Assembly: GCA_965222605.1 (NCBI GenBank) | Contig: OZ244960.1 | Location: 4,896,001 to 4,960,000 of the forward strand | Direction: 5' to 3' | DNA from: Candidatus Latescibacterota bacterium | GTDB taxonomy: Bacteria > Latescibacterota > UBA2968 | DNA length: 64,000 bases | Shown: positions 18,787 through 28,332 of the stretch, in pieces | How the letters are laid out: the number at the start of each line of letters is the position of its first letter | Position numbering within the stretch: the stretch's first letter is position 1 | The notes under the pieces: model-generated | What the model saw: the letters and a program-made list of their open reading frames with translations, nothing else | What the model was told of the DNA's origin: nothing | Database searches by the model: none | Position numbers and translations under genes: made by a program

Positions 18787-18917
18787 CGACAGATTCTCCC
18801 TTCTCATAGCTCTGTGTCGCGTTTGATATGCAATATATCGCATGATATTCTAAGAACAAGAGCGTTTCACAGGTGCTGACATGTCTCTATTTGGTGTAGG
18901 CGATTCATTACATGCAA

Positions 18918-18948
18918 AACGGGTTACGACGTATTGCCATAACCCGTT
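18918..18948 (-). terminator. Hairpin downstream of tRNA-Thr
   Basis: AACGGGTTA-N13-TAACCCGTT flanked by A/T runs. Confidence 0.5.
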
Positions 18949-18956
18949 GTTTTTTG

Positions 18957-19032
18957 TGGAGCCGCCCAGCGGACTCGAACCGCTGACCGCCTGATTACAA
19001 ATCAGGTGCTCTACCAGCTGAGCTAGGGCGGC
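18957..19032 (-). tRNA. tRNA-Thr(TGT)
   Basis: GCCGCCCTAGCTCAGCTGGTAGAGCACCTGATTTGTAATCAGGCGGTCAGCGGTTCGAGTCCGCTGGGCGGCTCCA, 76 nt cloverleaf with encoded CCA. Confidence 0.97.
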
Positions 19033-19134
19033 TGGTCCGTCAAAGATATAAAAGCACGCGATTTTTGGCAACCTCAAAGAGGGGTTTAACTGCTATCGCA
19101 GTTGTACACTTCTTGGGGACTGGGGGCTGGTAGG

Positions 19135-20217
19135 TTAGAAAAACGATGTCGTGCGTTTTTGATCGCGTTCGTAGCGTTCAATGCCCAGTTGAATGAGGCG
19201 ATCAATCAATTCTTGATAAGAAATTCCACTGGCCTCCCACAGCTTGGGATACATACTGATCCGCGTAAAGCCGGGAATGGTATTGATTTCATTTACCACA
19301 AAGGTGCCGTCATTTTTTAGAAAGAAATCCGCGCGTGCCATGCCCTCACAGCACAAGACTTGAAATGTGTGAATGGCAAGGGTTTGCACCCGTTTTACAG
19401 CTTCTTCCGATAAATCTGCGGGGATGTGCAATACCGCGCCTTTTTCATCCAGATATTTCGCTTCATAAGAATAAAACTCGTGCTGCGGCAAGATTTCACC
19501 GGGTATTGAGACAATGGGCGTCTCATTGCCCAATACCGAACATTCAATTTCTCGACCCTCAACAAAAGCCTCGATCAGTACCTTTTTGTCGTAGCGAAAT
19601 GCTTCTTTCAACGCGGGGATTAGCGCGCTTTTGTCGTGTACTTTACTCACGCCGACCGATGAACCCAAATTTGCAGGCTTTACAAATAGGGGCAATCCCA
19701 GTTCTGAAATCACATCATCCACATCCAGATTTTCCAATTGGAACTGAAGCACTGTTCGCCACGCGGCAATGGGAATATTGGCATCGCGCAGCAGGCGTTT
19801 CATCACGTCTTTGTCCATCCCCACAGCCGAGCCGAGCACATCTGCGCCTACATAGGGGACATCGGCCAATCTCAAGAATCCCTGTACTGTGCCGTCTTCT
19901 CCCAGCGGTCCGTGCAAGACGGGAAAAACCACATCGACCGAATCGGACGCAGACTGTCCCACGAGTTCACCGCGCCCTTCTGGCATCAACGTAATCAGCG
20001 CGTTTTGGTCTGCATCAGAGAGTCCCTCTGTATTGGCTTCGGGCAATAGTTGTTCGGCTTCGTTCAAGAACCATTGACCCGATTTGTCGATTCCTATTGG
20101 CACGACTTCGTATTTGGTTTTGTCAATCGCGTCAATAATATTGCGCGCAGACTGCAATGACACTTCGTGCTCTGCCGATTTCCCACCAAATAGTATTCCA
20201 ACGCGGATTTTTTTCAT
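19135..20217 (-). CDS. ddl: D-alanine--D-alanine ligase
   Basis: FGGKSAEHEVS, LHGPLGEDG, GSSVGV, YEAKY, NEINTIPGFT. Confidence 0.95.
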   Translation of the reverse strand: MKKIRVGILFGGKSAEHEVSLQSARNIIDAIDKTKYEVVPIGIDKSGQWFLNEAEQLLPEANTEGLSDADQNALITLMPEGRGELVGQSASDSVDVVFPVLHGPLGEDGTVQGFLRLADVPYVGADVLGSAVGMDKDVMKRLLRDANIPIAAWRTVLQFQLENLDVDDVISELGLPLFVKPANLGSSVGVSKVHDKSALIPALKEAFRYDKKVLIEAFVEGREIECSVLGNETPIVSIPGEILPQHEFYSYEAKYLDEKGAVLHIPADLSEEAVKRVQTLAIHTFQVLCCEGMARADFFLKNDGTFVVNEINTIPGFTRISMYPKLWEASGISYQELIDRLIQLGIERYERDQKRTTSFF

Positions 20218-20840
20218 TTTCCCCTCTGATTTTTTTTCCGTCGCCACCACCAGAATCCGATTATACCCACAGCCATTAAAATTGCCAGTACTCGGTTATA
20301 AGTTTTTAGTACAGCGACTACGATTTCCCAGTTTTCGCCGACCATCAGCCCAAAGTAAACCAGCAGACTATTCCACAACAATGTGCCAAATATCACGTAA
20401 AGCGTCATGCGCAGGGGATGCATCTGGCTGATGCCGGCCACAATGCCGACAAATATCCGTACGGTGGGCAAAAATCGGTTGAAAATGACGATTTTGTCGC
20501 CATAGCGATTGAACCATGTTTCAGTGCGATCCAGATTTTCTTCATTCAAGAACTTTATATTTAACCGCAAGAAGAAGGACCGCCCTTTCACAAAAGCTAT
20601 GCTATAAAGTAGCAAACAGCCCACTGCGCTGCCTATCCACATGGCAAAATACGCAGGCCAAAGAGCGATTACACCAATGCCGGCCAAATACGCGCCGAAT
20701 ACAATCAGGGTATCGCCCGGAATTGGAGGTACCACGTTCTCTAAAAAAGCACCCAGAAATAAAAAAAAGTAAATCCATCCTGGCGGTTGGTCATTCAAAT
20801 AGGCGAGAAAAGAATTCCAAAGTTCAGTAAAGTACTCCAA
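20214..20840 (-). CDS. DedA family membrane protein
   Basis: ENVVPPIPGD, WFNRYG, RFLPTVR. Confidence 0.9.
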   Translation of the reverse strand: MEYFTELWNSFLAYLNDQPPGWIYFFLFLGAFLENVVPPIPGDTLIVFGAYLAGIGVIALWPAYFAMWIGSAVGCLLLYSIAFVKGRSFFLRLNIKFLNEENLDRTETWFNRYGDKIVIFNRFLPTVRIFVGIVAGISQMHPLRMTLYVIFGTLLWNSLLVYFGLMVGENWEIVVAVLKTYNRVLAILMAVGIIGFWWWRRKKNQRGK

Positions 20841-20859
20841 TTGTGTATCCTTTCACACT

Positions 20860-22026
20860 TCATCCGATTTTTACCAACGCCACCGCTTGTGCTGCTATGC
20901 CTTCTTCGCGTCCGACAAAACCCATGTATTCGGTGGTCGTGGCTTTTACCGATATAAGAGCCACAGGCACTCCCAATGTCTGTGCCATATTTTCGCGCAT
21001 TTGTGCAATATACGGCGATAGCTTTGGGCGTTGCGCCATGACAGTTGCATCCACATTGAGCACCTGTGCGTGCGATTCTTTCAGAACATGGACCACGCGC
21101 GCCAGCAGTGTGAGACTTGAAATATCTTTGTAAGTGGCATCCGTATCGGGAAAAAGCTGACCAATGTCGCCGGCACCCAGCGCACCCAATAGGGCATCGA
21201 TGACGACGTGGGTCAATACATCTGCGTCTGAGTGGCCCAGCAGTCCTTTTTCATAGGGAATGTGTACGCCGCCCAGGATCAACGCACGGTCTTCCACGAG
21301 TTGATGCGCGTCATAGCCCTGACCAATTCGCAATGTCGGTGTCACGTCACCTCGTTTGTCTAAAATGTACAAACCCAGGTCGAGGTCTTCTGGCGATGTG
21401 ATTTTGATATTGTCCGCTCGCCCTGGCACAATGGTTACAGCCTCGCCCAAACGCTCTACCAGAGCCGTATCATCTGTGCCCAGATATCCCGATTCGCACG
21501 CGGCACGATGGGCGCGAAAGATTACTTCGCGGCGAAATGCTTGAGGCGTTTGTACGGCTCGCAATGTCGATCTGTCCAGGGTTGCAATGACTTGATCGTC
21601 CTGCACGCGCTTTACCGTATCTGTTACAGGTATGCCCAAAACAGCGGCACCGCGTTCGGCTGCTGCCAAAACCACAGCATTGATGTCCTCGGGCGTTATA
21701 TAAGCCCGCGCGCCGTCGTGGATGGCAACTACGTCGGCATTTTGCGGTATCACCCGTAGTCCACACGCCACGGAGTCCTGCCGTTCTGCACCGCCGCCGA
21801 CCACATCGACAACTTTGGAAAATTTTTTATTTCCAAATTGTTCTCGGCAAGTATCGATGTCCTCCTGCCCCACGACCAGCACAACGCGGTCAATGCGGTC
21901 TGCGCTTTCAAATGCAGCAAGTGTCCAGGCCAATACGGGACGCCCGGCAAGGTCGAGAAATTGCTTTGGGATATGCGTTCCCATTCGCTTTCCCGACCCA
22001 GCAGCGAGAATGATGGCGTAGTTCAT
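20860..22026 (-). CDS. ispDF: Bifunctional MEP cytidylyltransferase / MECDP synthase
   Basis: LAAGSGKRM, HDGAR, QTPQAF followed by RIGQGYDAH, GHSDADV, KATTTE. Confidence 0.95.
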   Translation of the reverse strand: MNYAIILAAGSGKRMGTHIPKQFLDLAGRPVLAWTLAAFESADRIDRVVLVVGQEDIDTCREQFGNKKFSKVVDVVGGGAERQDSVACGLRVIPQNADVVAIHDGARAYITPEDINAVVLAAAERGAAVLGIPVTDTVKRVQDDQVIATLDRSTLRAVQTPQAFRREVIFRAHRAACESGYLGTDDTALVERLGEAVTIVPGRADNIKITSPEDLDLGLYILDKRGDVTPTLRIGQGYDAHQLVEDRALILGGVHIPYEKGLLGHSDADVLTHVVIDALLGALGAGDIGQLFPDTDATYKDISSLTLLARVVHVLKESHAQVLNVDATVMAQRPKLSPYIAQMRENMAQTLGVPVALISVKATTTEYMGFVGREEGIAAQAVALVKIG

Positions 22027-23210
22027 GGTGAAGTCTCATACTGATCCTGTTCCCGTTTGGCCCAGTCGGCGTTGACAAACATGTTCAGGCCGGGATCGGC
22101 GTATATGCCGTCTATTTTTTCGCCGTCGTGCCGTCGCAAGAAATCGATGTCCATCTCTACACCCCAGCCCGGGCCACCGGGCAAATCGAAATGACCATCT
22201 ATAACTTCGGGATAAGGCGTTCCCGCGCATTTGACGTGTTCATCTGCAAAATCATTAAAATGTTCGAGCACTTTGCCATTGCGGAGGGTTGCCATCAGGT
22301 GCAGGGTTGCAACGGTGGTGATAATTCCGCCCACATTGTGCGGGGCGACCATCACGTTGTAGGTTTCAGCCGTTGAGGCGATTTTCTTGGTTTCCAGCAG
22401 GCCGCCACACTGGTTCAAATCCGGCTGGATGATATCCACAACCCGCATGGGAAACAGGTCTCTAAATTCCGCCGCTTTGTAAAGCCGTTCTCCGGTTGCA
22501 ATTGGGATAGATGTGTGTTGCGCCACTTTGGTCAATGCACCCAAATCTTCCGGGCGCGTCGGTTCTTCAATCCACCCCGGGCGCAAGTGCTCAATCGCTT
22601 TGGCGATTTCGATGGCCTGATGCGCTGCAAACCGACCGTGCATTTCCACAAAAATTTGCACGCGATCACCCACGACGGAATGCACGGCTTCGATCAGTGC
22701 AATGGATTTGAAAAATTCGTCGCGCGTCAGTTCCAGATTGCCATTGCCAAATGGGTCGAATTTGAGACCGATATATCCGCGGTCGATTACTTTTTGAGCT
22801 GTTCTGGCATATTCTTCTGGCGACCGCTCCACTGTGTACCAGCCATTTGCATAAGCGGGCACGCGTTCAATCGTTTTGCCGCCGATTAGATTGTACACAG
22901 GCTGATTGGTCAATTTTCCAATGCAATCCCAACACGCCATCTCTACGAGCGCCAGTCCAGTCATCACAACTTCACCCGGCACACCGAAATCGCGGAGCGT
23001 AAATCGGCTATACAGGTCCTCAATATCGTACACATTGTGCCCGATAAAATGACGCCTGGTGTCCTTCAAAAATTCCAGCACCGTATGTGTTTTGCCCAGG
23101 ACGCGCGCTTCGCCAACCCCGCGCGTGCCGTCTTCCAATTCGATAAACAAATACGTCAAATTGCGCCAGGGTGTTCCCAGCACATAAGTTTCGTAATTTT
23201 TGATTTTCAA
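22023..23210 (-). CDS. Mandelate racemase/enolase superfamily acid-sugar dehydratase (DgoD-like)
   Basis: AYANGWY, KFDPFG, EMHGRF, WIEEP, ATGER, APHN. Confidence 0.85.
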   Translation of the reverse strand: MKIKNYETYVLGTPWRNLTYLFIELEDGTRGVGEARVLGKTHTVLEFLKDTRRHFIGHNVYDIEDLYSRFTLRDFGVPGEVVMTGLALVEMACWDCIGKLTNQPVYNLIGGKTIERVPAYANGWYTVERSPEEYARTAQKVIDRGYIGLKFDPFGNGNLELTRDEFFKSIALIEAVHSVVGDRVQIFVEMHGRFAAHQAIEIAKAIEHLRPGWIEEPTRPEDLGALTKVAQHTSIPIATGERLYKAAEFRDLFPMRVVDIIQPDLNQCGGLLETKKIASTAETYNVMVAPHNVGGIITTVATLHLMATLRNGKVLEHFNDFADEHVKCAGTPYPEVIDGHFDLPGGPGWGVEMDIDFLRRHDGEKIDGIYADPGLNMFVNADWAKREQDQYETSP

Positions 23211-23226
23211 GGGGTACCCCTTTTTT

Positions 23227-24264
23227 TTATACTACCATCATGGCATCGCCATAACTGTAAAACCGATAGGCTTCGCGCACGGCTTCTCGGTATGCTCGCA
23301 TCGCAAAATCTCGTCCCATGAATGCGGCAACGAGCATGAGCAAAGTGGATTCTGGCAGATGGAAATTGGTGATCAGACCATCTACCAATCGAAAATCGTA
23401 GGGCGGATAGATAAAGATATGGGTCCAGCCAGAACCGGATTTTAGTTGCCAATTCGATCCGATTTTTACTGCTGCGGACTCAAGTGTGCGCACCGATGTC
23501 GTTCCCACTGCGATGACGCGCCCGCCATTTGCGCGACATTGATTGACAGTTTCCGCCGCGTCTTCATCGATTTTCCAAAATTCCGCATCCATTTTGTGAG
23601 CGCGCACATCATCTGCTTTCACAGGTTGAAATGTACCCGGCCCTACATGAAGCAAAATTCGCGCCAATCTCACGCCCAATGCTTCAATTTTTGCCAATAG
23701 GTCGGGGGTAAAATGAAGCCCTGCGGTGGGGGCGGCAACAGACCCGCGCACGCGCGCGTAAACCGTCTGATACCGCTCTTTATCAGATGTGTGATCTTCT
23801 CGCCGAATATAGGGTGGCAATGGCACATGTCCATGCGTTTTTAGCAGTTCGTCCAGTGATCCTTTACCCTTAAATCGCACGCGACGGTTGCCCGAATCCA
23901 GTACATCTTCGACAATGGCAATCAGGTCTGATCCTTCAAAGGCAATTTCAGCCCCAATTTGCAATCGCCGCCCGGGCCGTGCCATTATTTCCCAACTATC
24001 GCCATTGGGACGCAGGAGCAAAATTTCTACCGCGCCTCGGGTGATTGGTCGATATCCTTTTAATCGCGCGGGAAATACCCGCGTTTCGTTCAATACCAGA
24101 CAATCGCCTGCGCGCAAAAAGTTGGGCAGTTCTCGAAATATTCGATGTGCAATCTCGCGGCGCGTGCGATTCACCACCATCAAACGCGACCCATCGCGCC
24201 TGGTCGTTGGGTATTGTGCGATCAGGTGGTTGGGCAATTCGTAATAAAAATCAGAGCGCTTCAC
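23227..24264 (-). CDS. queA: SAM:tRNA ribosyltransferase-isomerase
   Basis: PLPPYI, YQTVYA, AAPTAGLHFT, TNFHLPEST, FYSYGDAM; probable GTG start. Confidence 0.95.
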   Translation of the reverse strand: MKRSDFYYELPNHLIAQYPTTRRDGSRLMVVNRTRREIAHRIFRELPNFLRAGDCLVLNETRVFPARLKGYRPITRGAVEILLLRPNGDSWEIMARPGRRLQIGAEIAFEGSDLIAIVEDVLDSGNRRVRFKGKGSLDELLKTHGHVPLPPYIRREDHTSDKERYQTVYARVRGSVAAPTAGLHFTPDLLAKIEALGVRLARILLHVGPGTFQPVKADDVRAHKMDAEFWKIDEDAAETVNQCRANGGRVIAVGTTSVRTLESAAVKIGSNWQLKSGSGWTHIFIYPPYDFRLVDGLITNFHLPESTLLMLVAAFMGRDFAMRAYREAVREAYRFYSYGDAMMVV

Positions 24265-24327
24265 AGGACGAGTTTTTGAAAAAGTGAGAATGTGTTGCAA
24301 TCGCGCGGATTGCAGTACGGCGTCATT

Positions 24328-25107
24328 TCATTCAAAGAGCGAAGGGAAGTGGCGATGGGGTTCTGCTGGCTCTCGGAAGAGAATCTGCTGGCGTGGTGTC
24401 AGTTCTATGTTGGTCGGCGGTTGTACGCGATTGGGCCTCCAGGCGGTGTGCGCTACGCAGTATTTATAGAGGAGAGAGCGTCGTTCGTGCTTGCCGTACC
24501 AGGCTGAGGTCCCGTGCGTTAGAGCTTCGGTAAATAAAATAGCGGATCCGGCGGGTGCATGCGGAATGATTACTTGGGGCGATTTTTCGGGTGCATCGAA
24601 TATCTTTTGGGGCAATCGGTAGTTGCTTTTGTGACTGCCGGGAATGCAGCAGAATCCTCCGTGGTCTGGTCCTGCGTCTGTGAGGCTCCACGCAACAACC
24701 ATGAATCCGTCGGTTATCTCGTGTTTGGGGAAATGAAAGTATTTGCCCTGCACCGATCCCGAAATGGGCGACATGGCGCCGTAGTCGGCGTGCAGACGCC
24801 CTCTTTCCATGCCTGCTTTCATGTACATGCCATAGAGGCGATCAAGGCGAAAGCAGTCGCCTAATCGGAAGCGCAATATGGGCATAATTTGAGGGTGATC
24901 AAGGAGGTCGCAAAAGGGTTTTCCCCATTGCAGAAAGCCCGGCCCTTCTGGCGCGCTGCCAAATCGCTGCGTTTTGCCCGGTGGGGGCAGTTTTTGTCGG
25001 TCAAATAGTTCATTGAGTGTTGCTACTTCGTCTGCGTTTAAGGCATTTTCAACCACGAGGTAGCCCTGCAAGTCGAACAGATACTGTTGTATTTCAAGGT
25101 CTTCCAT
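24328..25107 (-). CDS. PhyH family Fe(II)/2OG dioxygenase
   Basis: FDLQGYLVV, LHAD, IPGSHK, FTEALTHG. Confidence 0.85.
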   Translation of the reverse strand: MEDLEIQQYLFDLQGYLVVENALNADEVATLNELFDRQKLPPPGKTQRFGSAPEGPGFLQWGKPFCDLLDHPQIMPILRFRLGDCFRLDRLYGMYMKAGMERGRLHADYGAMSPISGSVQGKYFHFPKHEITDGFMVVAWSLTDAGPDHGGFCCIPGSHKSNYRLPQKIFDAPEKSPQVIIPHAPAGSAILFTEALTHGTSAWYGKHERRSLLYKYCVAHTAWRPNRVQPPTNIELTPRQQILFREPAEPHRHFPSLFE

Positions 25108-25371
25108 AATATCCTCCTGTTATTTTTTGATGATGCGGTGTATTAAAATCCCGATTGTGGATTGATCCTCAGCGTATTCTGTAGTATCATATTGGATTTT
25201 CGACTTTGGACTATATTAGATTTCGACTTTGGACGCAAGGAGAAAGACCAGCAAATGGTCGGTTGCAAAATCAGGTGGAACGCATTATATTTCTCCGCGC
25301 TTTATTATTTTACGCAAAAGAAACGGTGTATATCACGCCGTTTCTTTTTTTCCAAATAACAGGAGTGGGCT

Positions 25372-26412
25372 ATGGCAGTTAAAACATGTCTTATGGTGGG
25401 CGGCGGTGGTATGGCAGGGGGCTGGATCAATCGCATGACGCAAAAATTTGAAGATCGCATCAAAATCATCGGTCTCGTCGATGTCAATCGGGATGTGCTG
25501 GACCAGCAGGCGCGGGCACTTGGCCTATCCAAAGATCAACTTTTTACCTCACACAAAGATGCTATGTCCGCTGTCAAAGCCGATTTTTGTGGTGTGGCAA
25601 CACCGCCGCCGTTTCACGCGCCGGCAACGGTTGCCGCGCTTGAGGCGGGCATGCCTGTGATATCTGAAAAGCCGATTGCAGACACCCTCGATGCGGCCAA
25701 AGACATGGTTCGCGCTGCTCAAAAGACGGGTTTGCCCTGCGCCATTATTCAAAATTATCGCTATGCCCGAAACAAACAGGAACTCGTTCGCATTCGCAAT
25801 GAGGAGCGCCTCGGTCGGCTCCAGCATATTATTGGACGCTATGCCTGCAATTATCGAGAATTTGAGTCATGGGGCAAAGCCTGGCGGCATACGATGGAAT
25901 TTGGTCTTCTCTTTGAAGGCTCAGTGCATCATTTTGACATGCTGCGCTTTCTTTCGGGCGGCGATCCCGATACACTTATGGGATTTGGCTGGAATCCCGA
26001 ATGGTCGAGTTTTGATCACCATTCGAGCGGGATGTATCTCGTGAATATGGACAATGGCACGCATACGTTTTATGAGGGGAACAGCTCAGCGGCGGGTATT
26101 ACCAACTGCTGGCATCGGGAACACTATCGCGCTGAATTTGAAGAAGGTACGGTTGAGATCGCCGAAGGTGCTACCGTGACTATTCACCGTGTTGGAGAAG
26201 AGCCAGAAGTTTATGAAGCACCTGAAATTGAATGGGAAGGTCACGATCATCTCTTCGATGAATTTCTCAATTGGCTCGACGGGGGACCGCCTTCAGAGAC
26301 GCGTATTGAAAAAAATATTATCTCGTATGCTATGGTTATCGCCGCGATGGAGACGACGCTGGATGGGCAGCCGAAGAAAATCGCAGATTATGTTGCAGAT
26401 CTCGATTTGTAG
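25372..26412 (+). CDS. Gfo/Idh/MocA family oxidoreductase
   Basis: GGGGMA, SEKP, VHHFD. Confidence 0.9.
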   Translation: MAVKTCLMVGGGGMAGGWINRMTQKFEDRIKIIGLVDVNRDVLDQQARALGLSKDQLFTSHKDAMSAVKADFCGVATPPPFHAPATVAALEAGMPVISEKPIADTLDAAKDMVRAAQKTGLPCAIIQNYRYARNKQELVRIRNEERLGRLQHIIGRYACNYREFESWGKAWRHTMEFGLLFEGSVHHFDMLRFLSGGDPDTLMGFGWNPEWSSFDHHSSGMYLVNMDNGTHTFYEGNSSAAGITNCWHREHYRAEFEEGTVEIAEGATVTIHRVGEEPEVYEAPEIEWEGHDHLFDEFLNWLDGGPPSETRIEKNIISYAMVIAAMETTLDGQPKKIADYVADLDL

Positions 26413-26427
26413 TGACTTACCAAATCG

Positions 26428-26465
26428 CAAAAAAGCCCCCCGTATTACTGCTGCGGGGGGCTTTG
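26428..26465. terminator. Bidirectional rho-independent terminator
   Basis: AAAGCCCCCCG...CGGGGGGCTTT between convergent genes. Confidence 0.8.
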
Positions 26466-26486
26466 TATAAGCGAATGGTGAATTGG

Positions 26487-27287
26487 TTATATTCCAGACA
26501 AGATTCCCTTGATATATCCCAGCGTAAAGGCGAGGTCGCGGTCTATACCCTCAGGCGTTTTGGAGCCGACACATTCTACGTAGAGGGGTCCTGTGAATCC
26601 CCCGCCGATTAGTCCGGATAAGATGCGGTGAAAATCGACTTCGCCATCTCCCGCTGTGGTCTGCACATTGGGGTTGTTCTCGGAATCCAGGGCGCAATCT
26701 TTTATAATGGCAGTTGAGGTGTATCTTGCAATATCATCCACTTCCTGCTCTGGACGCACTTCGCCGCGCGTATAGTGAATGATGTTGCCCGGGTCGTAGC
26801 TTACCGCAAATGCCGGGCGATTGATCTGGTGATACAGGTCGATCAATTCTTTCGCGGTCAGGCTGATGCCCCCGTGTGGCTTGAGGGAGATGCCCAGGTC
26901 TAAGGTTTCCGCGTGTTCGGCTGCACGGCGCATGACTTCGGGATATATGCCGTAATATTCTTTTTTCCCCGTTCCCAATTCCAATATCCACTTTGCGCCG
27001 AGTTCGGCTGCGTTATCCAGCAATTGTTTATAGGCATCCACTGCGCCATCCACCCCGTGTTCCAACATCGCTCTGCCGAGCAACATGGATGGATTGACAC
27101 CTGCTTGTGCTGCGGCATTTTTTGTGGCTGCGATTTGCGCTGCACTGCTTTCTGTATTTACGGGTATAACCCCATCGTGTGCAAATACAGCTACGTCTGT
27201 ATATCCCGCGCTTGCGATGTGTTCACATGCCTCTGCAAATGACGGGGCATTAAGAGGTCGCGTTGTGCTGCCAATGACCAGTTCCAT
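26487..27287 (-). CDS. Sugar phosphate isomerase/epimerase (xylose isomerase-like TIM barrel)
   Basis: KPHGG, YDPGN, IKD, GDGEVDF, LYVE. Confidence 0.8.
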   Translation of the reverse strand: MELVIGSTTRPLNAPSFAEACEHIASAGYTDVAVFAHDGVIPVNTESSAAQIAATKNAAAQAGVNPSMLLGRAMLEHGVDGAVDAYKQLLDNAAELGAKWILELGTGKKEYYGIYPEVMRRAAEHAETLDLGISLKPHGGISLTAKELIDLYHQINRPAFAVSYDPGNIIHYTRGEVRPEQEVDDIARYTSTAIIKDCALDSENNPNVQTTAGDGEVDFHRILSGLIGGGFTGPLYVECVGSKTPEGIDRDLAFTLGYIKGILSGI

Positions 27288-27354
27288 TATTTACTCCTTC
27301 CTCATTTTATGACGGACAGGCACAGGGACCTGCCTCTATATTTGTGGATTGCGT

Positions 27355-28155
27355 TCACCCGTGGGTACTAATATCTTTCCCGCAATGCGGGCATTTATCG
27401 CCGCGATGAGATTCCTGCATGGCTTCGACAAATCCGGAACTCAAAATGCCAGCGGGCAAGGCAAACATCCCAACGCCGAGCACGGCAATTAATGCCCCGA
27501 AGAATTTGCCCAATGGCGTTATGGGAAAGACATCGCCGTAGCCCACGGTTGTCAACGTTACAATTCCCCACCACATGGTTGTTGGAATACTCGCAAATGC
27601 CTCGGGTTGTGCGTGGTGTTCGACAAAATACATCAAGCTGGATACAATGACCAATAAGAGCGTCAATGCAAATGCCACGATATAAAGCTCATGGCGTTTT
27701 TGCCATATTACCCGGCCAAACATTTGCATCGAATGCGAATAGCGGCCCACTTTGAGCAGGCGAAACAACCGCAACAAGCGCAGGGGCAGCGTGTAATTGG
27801 GCGGTACTGTTGTTAGAAAGAAAACGTAATAGGGAAAAATGGCAATGAGATCGATCAATGCCAGAGGCGTTAGCATAAATGCCAACCGCCCCTTCAGGGG
27901 GCGCGCGAATCTTGTATCTGCCGTGCAACACCAGATGCGCAGCATGTATTCAACGGTGAAGATCAGCACGCATACAGTTTCAAAAAGCTCGATAAATTCG
28001 CCATAAGTCTCATTAATTCCCTCGACAGTTTCGAGTATGACCATTGTCACATTCAGGACGATGAGTGTGATGATAAAAAGATCAACTATGCGGCTCAGCA
28101 GATCCCCTTCTTCGGCTTTTTCCAAGATTGCATACAAGTGTGTCTTTGCGGTCAT
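27355..28155 (-). CDS. Voltage-gated-type potassium channel
   Basis: S4-like LRLLRLFRLLK and selectivity filter TTVGYGD; C-terminal CPHC. Confidence 0.92.
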   Translation of the reverse strand: MTAKTHLYAILEKAEEGDLLSRIVDLFIITLIVLNVTMVILETVEGINETYGEFIELFETVCVLIFTVEYMLRIWCCTADTRFARPLKGRLAFMLTPLALIDLIAIFPYYVFFLTTVPPNYTLPLRLLRLFRLLKVGRYSHSMQMFGRVIWQKRHELYIVAFALTLLLVIVSSLMYFVEHHAQPEAFASIPTTMWWGIVTLTTVGYGDVFPITPLGKFFGALIAVLGVGMFALPAGILSSGFVEAMQESHRGDKCPHCGKDISTHG

Positions 28156-28332
28156 CGCGTTTACCTCCCGCTCCAAAATAGAATTGTTTTGCGATCTTTA
28201 CAAGTGAATATTAAGGGAAGGTGAGAGGGTCTCACACAAAGACACAAAGACACAAGGATACAAGAGGTGAGGGGGCGCCCTTACCGAGTCGAGGCAGGGA
28301 TGCCTTTCTTACAAATCTATGGGAGATTTGAT

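Noticed and set aside
18850-19077. 75-aa ORF over the tRNA
   Set aside because: Spurious translation of tRNA-Thr.
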